64,000 nt of DNA from IMG/VR virus record IMGVR_UViG_3300041407_000094, positions 1 to 64,000 of that record. One strand, given 5' to 3'. A program made the translations under genes and the position numbers. This document shows, one piece after another, positions 1-9,269 of the stretch. The stretch is from a virus. The notes beneath the pieces were generated by a model that saw nothing but the letters and a program-made list of their open reading frames with translations, was not told the origin of the DNA and ran no database searches. The stretch's first letter is position 1, and each line of letters opens with the position of its first letter.

Positions 1-27
1 GGTGAAAGTTTCAGCAACGAAAGGCAT
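1..27 (-). CDS. 5' end of next head gene (MPFVAETFT..., probably head decoration/capsid-associated), truncated by window edge
   Basis: ATG at 27 preceded by AAGGA RBS; follows protease/scaffold gene. Product inferred from synteny only. Confidence 0.5.
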
Positions 28-67
28 ATTTGATTCCTTTAAAAATAGAGAGATTAGCTAAGGCTAA

Positions 68-508
68 TTATTTCAAACCTAGTTTTTGTTTGATAAGGTC
101 TTCGGTAACATCTTTAGACTTAGAAGCTTTAGCTTCAGGAACTACTTCTGTACCTTGGTCGCCAAGTTCTGTAAACATATCAGATGCTTCAAGAGCTTGT
201 TTCTGTGCAGCAAAACCACTCAGAACAGTTTCAAATGCCGAGTCGTCAAGGCTGGACAAGGAGGTCGAAACAGCTTCAACTTTGTCAGCGGACATAACAG
301 CGGCAAGAGCAGTCTTGCGACTGGTCATTTTTACGGCTACAGCAGCTTCTTTCATTTGAGCTACGTCAGCCAAGGCTTGAGCCAGAGCTGCATCTTTCTC
401 AGTAATCGAAGTTTGCAGCAAAGTGAAAGCTTCTTTAACAGAGGAGAACTCTGCAAGTTGCTCGTTTGCAGCAGTGAGTTGCGATTGCAATTCAGCAAGT
501 TGGGACAT
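68..508 (-). CDS. Putative nested scaffold protein (internal start, lambda Nu3-like)
   Basis: In-frame ATG at 508 (MSQLAELQ...) preceded by GAGGAA at 523-518; coiled-coil sequence. Confidence 0.55.
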   Translation of the reverse strand: MSQLAELQSQLTAANEQLAEFSSVKEAFTLLQTSITEKDAALAQALADVAQMKEAAVAVKMTSRKTALAAVMSADKVEAVSTSLSSLDDSAFETVLSGFAAQKQALEASDMFTELGDQGTEVVPEAKASKSKDVTEDLIKQKLGLK

Positions 509-1423
509 GTCTAGAGTTTCCTCGGTATTGGTTTTACTAAATTTAAAGATACGATTACTCATCGAACTTCCTTCTTTATTGGTTTGGGCTTCGCCCGATA
601 GATAAGAATAAAACTCTTCCTGAGTCATAATCCGGTCAGCTAGGCCCAAGGCAATAGCATCATTCGCTAGGAAAGTGTTTGCTTGAGTATTCCGAACTGC
701 TTCCACAGACAAGTTACGATGTTCTGCAACATACTCTGCGAAGTCTGTGTAGAGAGTGTCTACTTTGTATTGCAAGTCATCCAAGAACTCTTTACGGAAA
801 GAACCGTCTTCCGAATATGGAATCTTCTGAGTGCCAGCACTAATAAAGGAACGTTGATAACCTTCCATCTCAAGAGCTTTGGAGTCATTCATCAAACGAA
901 TCAAGACACCGATAGAACCGATTTCGGAATTCTTATTAGAGATGATTTCATCAGAGATAGCAGTAAGACCATAGGCTGCCGAAGCACTGAGGCCATCAAC
1001 ATACGAGATGATACGAACACCATTTTCATCTGCCAATTTACGCAGGTAGTTACCAGTGTCCATCATGCCGTAGGCTTCACCGCCACCAGACTCAACCATA
1101 AAGGCTACGGTCTTAGTACCAGCTTCAAGCAACGCTTCAAAGTCTTCTTTAATACTTTCATACGATGTACCCCCACACAATGCTTCCCATCCAGTTGACT
1201 TGTTAGTCAAGGGGCCTGAGATGTGGATAACACCAAGATTTGATTCTGCATAATGCAAAGTGCTATACATTGAGAACTCATTACTAGCTTCTTTCTGTAC
1301 AACATCAACAGTCCCTTCACAACGCTTATCTACATAGTTAAGAATAGATTCAAAACTTTTAGAGTCCACTAGGAGGGGAGTATCGAACAGCTTGCTACGA
1401 AAGCGAGCTAATTCATGGGCCAT
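68..1423 (-). CDS. Prohead (head maturation) protease, peptidase S49/SppA-like, with C-terminal coiled-coil scaffold
   Basis: Motifs ESGGGEA, SASAAY, GSIGV; directly downstream of portal; Ala/Glu-rich helical C-terminus. Confidence 0.85.
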   Translation of the reverse strand: MAHELARFRSKLFDTPLLVDSKSFESILNYVDKRCEGTVDVVQKEASNEFSMYSTLHYAESNLGVIHISGPLTNKSTGWEALCGGTSYESIKEDFEALLEAGTKTVAFMVESGGGEAYGMMDTGNYLRKLADENGVRIISYVDGLSASAAYGLTAISDEIISNKNSEIGSIGVLIRLMNDSKALEMEGYQRSFISAGTQKIPYSEDGSFRKEFLDDLQYKVDTLYTDFAEYVAEHRNLSVEAVRNTQANTFLANDAIALGLADRIMTQEEFYSYLSGEAQTNKEGSSMSNRIFKFSKTNTEETLDMSQLAELQSQLTAANEQLAEFSSVKEAFTLLQTSITEKDAALAQALADVAQMKEAAVAVKMTSRKTALAAVMSADKVEAVSTSLSSLDDSAFETVLSGFAAQKQALEASDMFTELGDQGTEVVPEAKASKSKDVTEDLIKQKLGLK

Positions 1424-1435
1424 AAATGGACTCCT

Positions 1436-2926
1436 TTATGTATTTTCTGTGTTGGATGTGGAAGAGTCGCCTGAGCTACCGTTAGATGATCCCGTACCGT
1501 TACCCATACCCTCAACCATTCCCTGACCACTGCTTGAAGTCTCAGGAGTAAGCTGCTTAGAAAGCTCTTCAACGGACAAGCTTTCATCTACTTTGTAAGG
1601 GATGTTTGCTTGATCCATAATCCAGTTAACTACTTTTGGTGCTTTAGGGATTAGGCCCACTGCTGCGGTCCGTTGAATGAACTTAGAGATTTCATCAAGA
1701 CTAACTTTACCAATCTCACCATAAGTCCACTCTGGCATAACTTCTGTTGACCAGCCATTTAACTGGAACAGTTGTTTGGCAAGGTCAAAGTTAAGTTGAG
1801 TTTTAATCTCATCTAGTTTAGATTGAATAGCCATCTCTACTACGCTGATTTTAGATTCGGCAAGAGAGAAGCTACCTGAACCATTACTACCAAGAGTCAA
1901 AAAGTCTGCAAACAAAGCAGTAAGAATCTCTGCTGTGTAACGCTGAATAATAAGGTTTGTATCATAAGACTTTTGTCCAGTTACAGACATAATCTCAAAC
2001 TCAAACATCTTCTTGCCATCTTGGTCAAGAATAAGAGGAAGAATCAAACCAGACTCTTTAGCTTGATGCATGTTCTTGATTACAGTTTTGTAATGCTCAA
2101 ACACCGCTTTATCTTCAACAGTTGCGGTTTCAGTCATATACTGAGGGGGCAAGTAAAGCACTTTAAACCCGTTCGAATCTTGAGCCACGGAGATAGCCTC
2201 CGACTCTTGATAAGCTGTCTTGTACTTCCAAGCTGTCCAACAACCAACCAAAGGAGATTGGCCTTCGGGGCTATCTTTTATGGGATTTGAGCGGAACAAC
2301 ATGAACTTTTTACGCGGGATGAACTTAATGTTATTATCGTTAAATTCGTCTACTTCTTGATAGGAATTTATAGCACGATTACTTGGGATATTAACGCACT
2401 GATTCAAACCAGCAAGGTCACGGCCTTTATTCTTGAATACCCAACTGTCAATTGAGTCTTGTGAACGCAAAGGAAGTTTACGAATACCAATTAGGCCGTC
2501 ATTATACATCGAGCCTTTTTCTTTGTATCTTTGACGATAAACCTTCTCTACCGGTGCAAAACCATAACGGTTGAAGCTCACAGCTTGCTTAATAAAGGAC
2601 TTAAAATCGTGTTCCATATCATTCATACATTGACGCATGAATATGGCTTTATCTTTCAACTCTTCTTCGTAGCCTTCTGGAATCTTTACTGTCCAGTCAA
2701 CACGAGAAATCATCATCTCAACATACGCAAGAGCTGGGGCAATAGCACCATCTTTTTCCATACGTTTAAAGGTCTTAATTGCTTGTGGCCAACGTAGTTC
2801 GCTAGCGCATTCCTCAAGAATTTCGCCACCTAAAACCCGGAGATTATTAAATCCAGTTTCACCAAGAGCAAGAGTTGGAATATCATTTTCCCCAGCCTCT
2901 AGGGAGATTTCAGCATCATCAGCCAT
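1436..2926 (-). CDS. Portal protein
   Basis: 496 aa between TerL and protease; YGFAPVEKVY and GSFSLAE motifs typical of DUF935/Mu gp29-like portals. Confidence 0.85.
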   Translation of the reverse strand: MADDAEISLEAGENDIPTLALGETGFNNLRVLGGEILEECASELRWPQAIKTFKRMEKDGAIAPALAYVEMMISRVDWTVKIPEGYEEELKDKAIFMRQCMNDMEHDFKSFIKQAVSFNRYGFAPVEKVYRQRYKEKGSMYNDGLIGIRKLPLRSQDSIDSWVFKNKGRDLAGLNQCVNIPSNRAINSYQEVDEFNDNNIKFIPRKKFMLFRSNPIKDSPEGQSPLVGCWTAWKYKTAYQESEAISVAQDSNGFKVLYLPPQYMTETATVEDKAVFEHYKTVIKNMHQAKESGLILPLILDQDGKKMFEFEIMSVTGQKSYDTNLIIQRYTAEILTALFADFLTLGSNGSGSFSLAESKISVVEMAIQSKLDEIKTQLNFDLAKQLFQLNGWSTEVMPEWTYGEIGKVSLDEISKFIQRTAAVGLIPKAPKVVNWIMDQANIPYKVDESLSVEELSKQLTPETSSSGQGMVEGMGNGTGSSNGSSGDSSTSNTENT

Positions 2927-4285
2927 TTAAGCTCCTGCATTAAGGAAGGGGTTAGATTGAGTTAGGTTTGCGGATAGTAGACCGGATGAGAAGTTTGGAA
3001 TGATTTGTCTTTGTGCTAAAGTTATGAAACTATCAGCTACGGCATCAACTTGGTCATCCTTCCGGGCACGGGAGCCGTCAAAAGCCTCACATTCAGAGAA
3101 GAAAGTATCATTCCACTCCCCGTGAACATATCGAACTAAGCCCGCTTCAGATGCTGATGCAAACGGCATAAATCTCAAGACTTTGGATTTATTTGTTGCC
3201 CTCATCCGGGCATAAAGACCTTCACTTAGGAATTCTTTAATCATCATTTGTCCAGCAGCTTTCCCAGCTTGGCCGGGCTCCTGCGGGATTATAATCTGAG
3301 TACCTTCAGGATCTTCTTTAGCAACTTCAATCATTCGTTGTATAACTTCGCCAAATCTGGCACGAAATCTAACAACGTCCATAATGATATATAAACCAGA
3401 CTTTGTTTTTCCTAGAAGGACTCCGGCTGTCCAGTCTGGGTTAGGAAGTGCTTCTGATGGCAATGAGCCAGCAATATCCCAAGCCCTGCAATATTGAACT
3501 ATATCAAGATCAAAAGGATTAACAGGTTCGCCCATCCAGTCTAATTTCCAAAAACCGCTGGAGTCCTCGCGGATGTCCCAATTCCCAAAAAGGTCGCGTT
3601 CTTTTTTTACACGTTTGAGACCTTGAAGGTTTGCAAGATATCCGGGGTTAGCTTTAATAAGTGGCGGATTGTCGTAGATCGTGGCTGAAATAAACTGTAG
3701 AGAAAGTGGAAGTACATCTTTACCGTAAGTCTCAAGAAGTTCTTCTCTGCTATCGCCCCAAATCATTTCATTGTTTTGACGGATAAACCAACGAACTTTA
3801 CCATCTCGTTCTGGATTAGGACGACCGGCGTTCTCTTCCCCTTTAGGGATGATCCACCAATCAATCCAACGACGTAAAAATGAGTCAGGAGAGGGGTTAC
3901 AAGTTAGAAATAAGTTAGGTTTCATCTTCGCTTTAGTACGAAGTCGAGACAATACAACTAGTGTGTGGTCCTCAGAAATCTGAGTGGCCTCATCTAGCAT
4001 TGCCCCAGAAATTTGTAACCCACGATATTTCTCTGCATCGTCATCTGTATCAAGGTGAGACATAGAAATCTCAGCGCCCGATGCAAATGTGAACTTCATT
4101 TCTTTTACGTTAACTTTTACTTTAGGGTCAAATGCCCTATATAGTTGGCGAGCCTCATCAAAGAGGCCACCAGATTTAGTCAGGGTATTTGAATTCTTTC
4201 GGATGATGAAACCGCGATATTGAGGATCATGCACCCAGCGGAGATGGCGAAGCAAGCCACAATAAGACTTACCTCCTCCCATAGC
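2927..4285 (-). CDS. terL: Terminase large subunit, exon 2
   Basis: Second half of Walker A (AMGGGKS), Walker B MLDEA, TCNP coupling motif, nuclease motifs AWDIA and DDQVDA. Confidence 0.92.
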   Translation of the reverse strand, partial: AMGGGKSYCGLLRHLRWVHDPQYRGFIIRKNSNTLTKSGGLFDEARQLYRAFDPKVKVNVKEMKFTFASGAEISMSHLDTDDDAEKYRGLQISGAMLDEATQISEDHTLVVLSRLRTKAKMKPNLFLTCNPSPDSFLRRWIDWWIIPKGEENAGRPNPERDGKVRWFIRQNNEMIWGDSREELLETYGKDVLPLSLQFISATIYDNPPLIKANPGYLANLQGLKRVKKERDLFGNWDIREDSSGFWKLDWMGEPVNPFDLDIVQYCRAWDIAGSLPSEALPNPDWTAGVLLGKTKSGLYIIMDVVRFRARFGEVIQRMIEVAKEDPEGTQIIIPQEPGQAGKAAGQMMIKEFLSEGLYARMRATNKSKVLRFMPFASASEAGLVRYVHGEWNDTFFSECEAFDGSRARKDDQVDAVADSFITLAQRQIIPNFSSGLLSANLTQSNPFLNAGA

Positions 4286-4524
4286 CTTTCTGTTATAAAG
4301 CTCGCTAAGCCTTTCTTAAGTTTCCCTAAGTGTCGGACCAACTCTTAATTCTAAGAATTCTCTCTGTTTCGGAATCGCTTGATCCCTACTCTACTCACTT
4401 CCACATTACTGTGTGTTTTCGATGGCCTCTACGCACTGTCTTTAAACATTGGCACGGGATTGGCATAGACCTAAGTCCTTAGCTTTCCCCGTTTAAGAGA
4501 GTTTTAAATGGAGGCGCTAAGTTC
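4286..4524 (-). ncRNA. Group I self-splicing intron (239 nt, no ORF) in the terL Walker A codons
   Basis: 5' exon ends in U (GGU), intron ends in G; IGS UAGC-GCCUCC pairs with both exons; P (AAACGGGGAA), Q (AAUCCCGUG), P7 GGCCA/UGGUC, P3 CUCUCU/AGAGAG; splicing restores YGG-AMGGGKS. Confidence 0.9.
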
Positions 4525-4614
4525 ACCACCATATACAATTATGTCACTATCAGCCGACAAAAACCAACTTTGTTTCAAACTTGCCGGTGAGAATGAATAC
4601 TCAAAATCTGTCAT
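4525..4614 (-). CDS. terL: Terminase large subunit, exon 1 (MTDFEYSFSPASLKQSWFLSADSDIIVYGG)
   Basis: 30 codons with Q-motif (KQSWFL) and first half of Walker A; ATGA overlap with the upstream HNH stop; absent from ORF track. Confidence 0.88.
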
Positions 4615-5192
4615 CTTGAAATTTCTTTCCCATGATTTTCAGAATACCCGTACTCTACTTCCCATGCTTTTCGAGCATTAGCAGCGTCTTCCAACTCTTT
4701 AAAGATACCTAGATAATGCCTAACACGCTTTCCGTCAATTATTTCTTGACCCTCAGCTTGCCATTTACCTGTTTTCTTGTGGAAAGACACACCTACAACC
4801 CCGGAAGAGTTATTTGTATATTTAGCACGGTTTCTGTGGTTTAATTTATCAATACTAAGTTGTAAATTAGATATTGCATTATTTTGAGTGTTCAAATCAA
4901 TATGGTCAATATCCTCAGAAGGCCACTCACCATTTACATATAGCCAAGCAAGTCTGTGAGCCTTATACAACTTTCCACCCAACCCAATTACAACGTAAGG
5001 GGATGGATTCCTTTTTGTTGCTGGACTCAAATAACCAGCTTCAAGTGTAGGACTTATATTACTGAAGAATCCGTTTTTACCTCTCCAATCTTTGAAGTGG
5101 TAATCTGGTCTATCCAACTTCCAAGTAAACTTTCCAGTTTCTGGATTGTAGTCTATAGCTTCTTTTAGGTAATCTTGCGTAATTTCATTCAT
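4611..5192 (-). CDS. Free-standing HNH homing endonuclease with C-terminal AP2-like domain
   Basis: AHRLAW...IDHID...NNAISNL HNH motif; SGVVGVSFHK..KWQA...HYLG DNA-binding domain. Confidence 0.9.
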   Translation of the reverse strand: MNEITQDYLKEAIDYNPETGKFTWKLDRPDYHFKDWRGKNGFFSNISPTLEAGYLSPATKRNPSPYVVIGLGGKLYKAHRLAWLYVNGEWPSEDIDHIDLNTQNNAISNLQLSIDKLNHRNRAKYTNNSSGVVGVSFHKKTGKWQAEGQEIIDGKRVRHYLGIFKELEDAANARKAWEVEYGYSENHGKEISR

Positions 5193-5248
5193 GCTTTAGT
5201 TCCTTTACATTAAAGGTAACTGCGTGTCTCCCGACAAGGCATGATTAT

Positions 5249-5464
5249 TTATTCAGGTTTGATAATTGCGTAGACAGCTTCAGTGACCCATTCAGGAATG
5301 AAGTCAAAATCTACATGTTCCTCAGTATCACCAACAAGCTTTACGCAAAAGCCCGGTGTATCAACTAGGTAACAATAAGTTTCTTCTTCACCATCAGGTT
5401 GGACCAAAGACACAATAAGCTGTCGTGAATTTGCAACCATTTCATCTACATCAACTTCTTTCAT
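5249..5464 (-). CDS. Hypothetical protein
   Basis: ORF with AGGAG RBS, co-oriented with block. Confidence 0.65.
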   Translation of the reverse strand: MKEVDVDEMVANSRQLIVSLVQPDGEEETYCYLVDTPGFCVKLVGDTEEHVDFDFIPEWVTEAVYAIIKPE

Positions 5465-5578
5465 TTGAATCTCCTATCAGATTGGTTCTGAGCGTCATCG
5501 CGACGAGTCGGAGTTCTTTGTAGCTAATTAGGTGAGGGCGTCATCCCGACGAGCCTCGATACAACTCTTTATAAATCT

Positions 5579-5941
5579 TTACTCAACTTCTTCCGAAGCT
5601 CTCTCACCACCCTCACATGTGGCAAGATATTGCCTGATCATCTTCGATTTATCGCGACCCTTAATGCCCCGACGGGCAAGGATTGGTCGGATATCCTCAA
5701 TAGGCATATCTTCAAGTTGTTCTTTCGTATAATTTTCTTGGATCACTTGATAACGAAAACCCGGACTGTCTTCCAGCATATCTTTGCTTTCAACATACAT
5801 CCAGCAACTATGTGGATAGCTCAGTCGTGGCACTTTATCTTCTTGAAGGATGGCGCCTTTATTAGAAGCTTCTACTACGTTTTTCATGAAGTTGTAGCCA
5901 AGGCTATCATTGCCTGTAATATACAGCATATATCGATTCAT
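5579..5941 (-). CDS. Hypothetical protein (C-terminal SAP/HeH-like helical motif)
   Basis: GAGGAG RBS; YTKEQLEDMPIEDIRPIL..RGIKGRDK resembles a helix-extension-helix; own promoter upstream. Confidence 0.65.
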   Translation of the reverse strand: MNRYMLYITGNDSLGYNFMKNVVEASNKGAILQEDKVPRLSYPHSCWMYVESKDMLEDSPGFRYQVIQENYTKEQLEDMPIEDIRPILARRGIKGRDKSKMIRQYLATCEGGERASEEVE

Positions 5942-5976
5942 TTAAATTCTCCTCTTGTTCTTAATCTTGAGGATGA

Positions 5977-6006
5977 ACTATATCAAACTGTAAGCCGTTC
6001 TGTCAA
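5977..6006 (-). promoter_or_regulatory. Sigma70-like promoter
   Basis: TTGACA-18 bp-TATAGT upstream of the 5941 gene. Confidence 0.55.
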
Positions 6007-6076
6007 GCTTATTACAAAATAAATATTAAATAATTATAACTGAAGACTTTTGAAAGAAAGTCTTCTATATATCTAC

Positions 6077-6895
6077 TTAATTTCGTTCTTCCCAGTACAA
6101 ACTATAAATAACAACAGGGGTGCTATTGGTAGCCTCTACTTTAATGTAGAACGTTGTAGCTGGAAGACCTCGCTCATCACCAGCGTTAGCCCCTACAGTA
6201 GACTGTTGGGCTGTTGCAGTGGCTGCTACGAGACGAATAGCTTCTACTTCAGTACCACCTGTAAACGTCCCACCAGTTTGAAACGTAACATTCGTCACAT
6301 AAGGAGGTTGAGGAATAGACGTCATTCTATTCTTACCAATCACAGGAATACTTGTCCAGACACCAGAAGGTGTGGCTCCTGTCCAGACTGAAAGTCTTAC
6401 ACTACCACCACTAATACTAAGTGATTGGTCAAATAGTACAAAGTCTGTAAGAGATGTAAACCGAAAGTATCTTACTTCTGCTGCTGCAAGAGAGAAGTCA
6501 TAGTAGCTTCTGAATTGCTTACCAAGGAAGAAGGATGTTTGTCCAAGGTCTACCCTAAGTCGTCTAAACCCTTCTTTAGTTTCAGTCCATACATCTGAAG
6601 GAAGGTCTACAGATGTGAATGGTTCAATAGAACTATCCAGAAGTAGGTCAGCATCAATCACGCCAAGGAAGGGTGCCCTAATCCAAGTCTGCAAAGAATT
6701 CTTTGTGAAGGAGTAGGTTTCTTTTGGAAAGATTTCAGCTCCTGTAAAGGAGTCTGCTGGGATAGTGGCTGAACGTGTGACGTATAATGCACCGTTACTT
6801 AGGTTTGTAAGCTTGATGCTGTTGAGTGTAAAGTCTAGAGATGTGAGGGTGGATAAATTAACCCAACCAGTTGTTTGTAGCCTATGTACACTCAT
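6077..6895 (-). CDS. Hypothetical beta-rich protein, possibly virion-associated
   Basis: Thr/Ser/Gly-rich 272 aa ORF with AAGGA RBS in the late block. Confidence 0.6.
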   Translation of the reverse strand: MSVHRLQTTGWVNLSTLTSLDFTLNSIKLTNLSNGALYVTRSATIPADSFTGAEIFPKETYSFTKNSLQTWIRAPFLGVIDADLLLDSSIEPFTSVDLPSDVWTETKEGFRRLRVDLGQTSFFLGKQFRSYYDFSLAAAEVRYFRFTSLTDFVLFDQSLSISGGSVRLSVWTGATPSGVWTSIPVIGKNRMTSIPQPPYVTNVTFQTGGTFTGGTEVEAIRLVAATATAQQSTVGANAGDERGLPATTFYIKVEATNSTPVVIYSLYWEERN

Positions 6896-6957
6896 AGCAT
6901 TCCTTTATTATTTTGATTTGGAATGAATACTTATAAACTTACTTAGTAGAGGTTACC

Positions 6958-8346
6958 CTACAATCCTAAAGCAGCCGTATAAGCTGGGATAGCGTATCCA
7001 GCCAATGTTAGATAACCATTAGCCGTAGGGTGTGTATTATCCAATGTCTCAAAGCCTGTCCATGTGATGGTATCAATCCAAACAAGCTTAGGATTAGCTT
7101 TAGCATCCATCACAGCTTTCAATGTGACGTTTGCAGCATTAACCAACTCTGGAGCACCAGTGTTAGGCAGAATCCCACGACACAATACTTTGCCATATCC
7201 TTTAGCCAGCAACTTATCAATACACAATCCATAATCAGTTTGTTCTGTGCTATCAATACCACCAGAGCCGCTATTACCACCCAGTGCTAAGATTGCTACA
7301 TCATTAGCTGTCACAGTCTTCATAGCCAAGGCAGCATCAATCATTGCCTTGCCACCACCTGTAGTTTGACCACTAACACCATTCGTGCTACCAACAAACC
7401 CAAGGGCTGCTGCTACGTGCATTGTCTCAGTGTTTACTGAAGTAGCTCCGGGACCAGAACCGTAAGTGATGCTGTCACCAAATTGGTCAAGCTTTCTTCG
7501 GACACCAATGTCAAGCAGTGTGCTATTGCCGCTTACAGCAAAATGTCCACCAAGCTCTCTGAATGCACCACCATCCCACACATTGTATGTTGCTACAGAG
7601 CCATCACAAGGAATAACAATAGCCCGAGGAACACCATCAGCTTCAGGAGGGGCTGTGTAATAAGTGGGTGTACCACCATTCTTACTCACACCAACCCTAG
7701 AGGATGTAGCTACAATCTTAGTGAATGCCCCACGTATCTTCACAGAGCCTACGTTAGATCCACTGGTTACATTACTTGGTGCTTGGAGAGGCGGGGAATA
7801 TCCGGCAACGTTTGGTATGATCCCAGCAGAATACAAGCCTGTAGCTGAATCACTGCCTGCCTGAATCCAATTAGATGCTGTAACAAGGGATGGAGGTTGA
7901 CCTGTAACACTCAAGACATTTCCAGAGGATGCCACATAGGGAGCATCACCCATCTGCACAACCCACCTTACTTGAACAAAGTAGGTAGCGTGAGGAAGGC
8001 CTGTGAAGAGAGTGTATACAGATGCAGAGTTAGGGGCGCTAGTGAAGTCACCACCGTCTACGCTCACTTGCATAGACCCGGCATTATCACCATAATCTGA
8101 AGGAGATGTAAGCAACGCTTGCGTGCCTGTAATCCATCCACACCACAATGTCAAAGCACCGTAGGCATATACTCTTGCAGCATTCTTAGTTGTATTAAGA
8201 GAGCCTGCAAAGCCCGGAACGAACTGAGAGGATGTGAAGGGTGCAGTTGTGGGATCAGGAATTACAACGGAATGCTTTAGTTTAAAACTGTGAAGAGGTC
8301 TTGAAATAGAGCTGACAACTGGAGAGGTGATATCATGAGTCATCAT
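6958..8346 (-). CDS. SGNH/GDSL hydrolase-domain protein, probably a virion-associated esterase
   Basis: Block I FGDSIT, block II NGVSG, block III LGGN, block V DNTHP; beta-rich N-terminal region. Confidence 0.8.
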   Translation of the reverse strand: MMTHDITSPVVSSISRPLHSFKLKHSVVIPDPTTAPFTSSQFVPGFAGSLNTTKNAARVYAYGALTLWCGWITGTQALLTSPSDYGDNAGSMQVSVDGGDFTSAPNSASVYTLFTGLPHATYFVQVRWVVQMGDAPYVASSGNVLSVTGQPPSLVTASNWIQAGSDSATGLYSAGIIPNVAGYSPPLQAPSNVTSGSNVGSVKIRGAFTKIVATSSRVGVSKNGGTPTYYTAPPEADGVPRAIVIPCDGSVATYNVWDGGAFRELGGHFAVSGNSTLLDIGVRRKLDQFGDSITYGSGPGATSVNTETMHVAAALGFVGSTNGVSGQTTGGGKAMIDAALAMKTVTANDVAILALGGNSGSGGIDSTEQTDYGLCIDKLLAKGYGKVLCRGILPNTGAPELVNAANVTLKAVMDAKANPKLVWIDTITWTGFETLDNTHPTANGYLTLAGYAIPAYTAALGL

Positions 8347-8350
8347 AAAA

Positions 8351-8653
8351 TCAAGTCTCTAGAAATACACCAAAAGGTTTGCCAACATAAGCATAACGCT
8401 TCACACGATAAGTGCCGGGACCGGACAAGACAGTAGAGGGGTTGCCATAACTCAGTGCGACAAATACAGCATTGTCAGCACCGGGAGTGTCTTGGAGGAT
8501 TTTGAACTTAGGTGCGTTTTGTTCTTGGTAGGATAGAGGCTTATCAGCGTCTAGAAAGAACACACCAACCACCACTGAAGCACCTGCTGCAATAACGATA
8601 TCTGTTGAAGTCGCTTCTGTAATACCAGCAGCTAAAATTGTACTTTGTGCCAT
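8351..8653 (-). CDS. Small beta-rich hypothetical protein, possibly structural
   Basis: 100 aa ORF ending a few bases before the SGNH gene. Confidence 0.65.
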   Translation of the reverse strand: MAQSTILAAGITEATSTDIVIAAGASVVVGVFFLDADKPLSYQEQNAPKFKILQDTPGADNAVFVALSYGNPSTVLSGPGTYRVKRYAYVGKPFGVFLET

Positions 8654-8855
8654 ATTAATACCTTGAGATTAGCTGCTGTTTATTGAATTAACGTATTAGC
8701 GTCTACCCTGCCTGACCTAATATCTCTACCTTCGCAAGATTCGAAAGTCTTCTCCACCTAACCGTCTTTCCGGTTTGTCATTTATTTCAACTGTCCGCCA
8801 GAACAGTTTGGGCTAGGACTAGGCGTCCTGATACCAGACCGAAGCCTGATTCTTT

Positions 8856-9269
8856 TTAGTCGTCTTCTTGTTCGTCAGGATCAACGTAAACTAGCGATAG
8901 ACGCGGTTTCAATTCTTTACTGATTTCAGCAGGAGTTTGTTCTTCTGGCTCATCATCACGCTTACCTTTCAGGCGAGCATTGAACGAACCCAACTCTTCA
9001 GCAGTACAAGCCTTACTTACCGAAACAATACTGTTCACCAACCACTGAGCTGTAGACTTTTGGTCTGCTGTACGATCACCCTTGTTAGCAAGAATATCAT
9101 CAATGATTTCAAATGCCAACTCTTTCCGTTCCATCAACTGTTCAAGGAGATTAGTAATCTTGGATTTATTAATCCTAACCTTACTGTTTCCCCGGACATT
9201 CCGGTTTGACTTCTCACCATCAAAACGATGAGCTTTCTGTGCATCAGTTTGGGGCTTCTTATTAGCCAT
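8856..9269 (-). CDS. Candidate terminase small subunit
   Basis: 137 aa, basic N-terminus, helical core, acidic tail; first gene of the packaging block. Inferred from position and size. Confidence 0.45.
   Translation of the reverse strand: MANKKPQTDAQKAHRFDGEKSNRNVRGNSKVRINKSKITNLLEQLMERKELAFEIIDDILANKGDRTADQKSTAQWLVNSIVSVSKACTAEELGSFNARLKGKRDDEPEEQTPAEISKELKPRLSLVYVDPDEQEDD

Noticed and set aside
2927-4282. TerL starting at MGGGKS as given by the ORF track
   Set aside because: It begins mid-Walker A; the true N-terminus is exon 1 at 4614-4525.
30-8100. Plus-strand ORFs overlapping head and SGNH genes (e.g. 683-1198, 7483-7848), and similar antisense ORFs elsewhere
   Set aside because: Shadow frames opposite well-supported genes, with no RBS or motifs.
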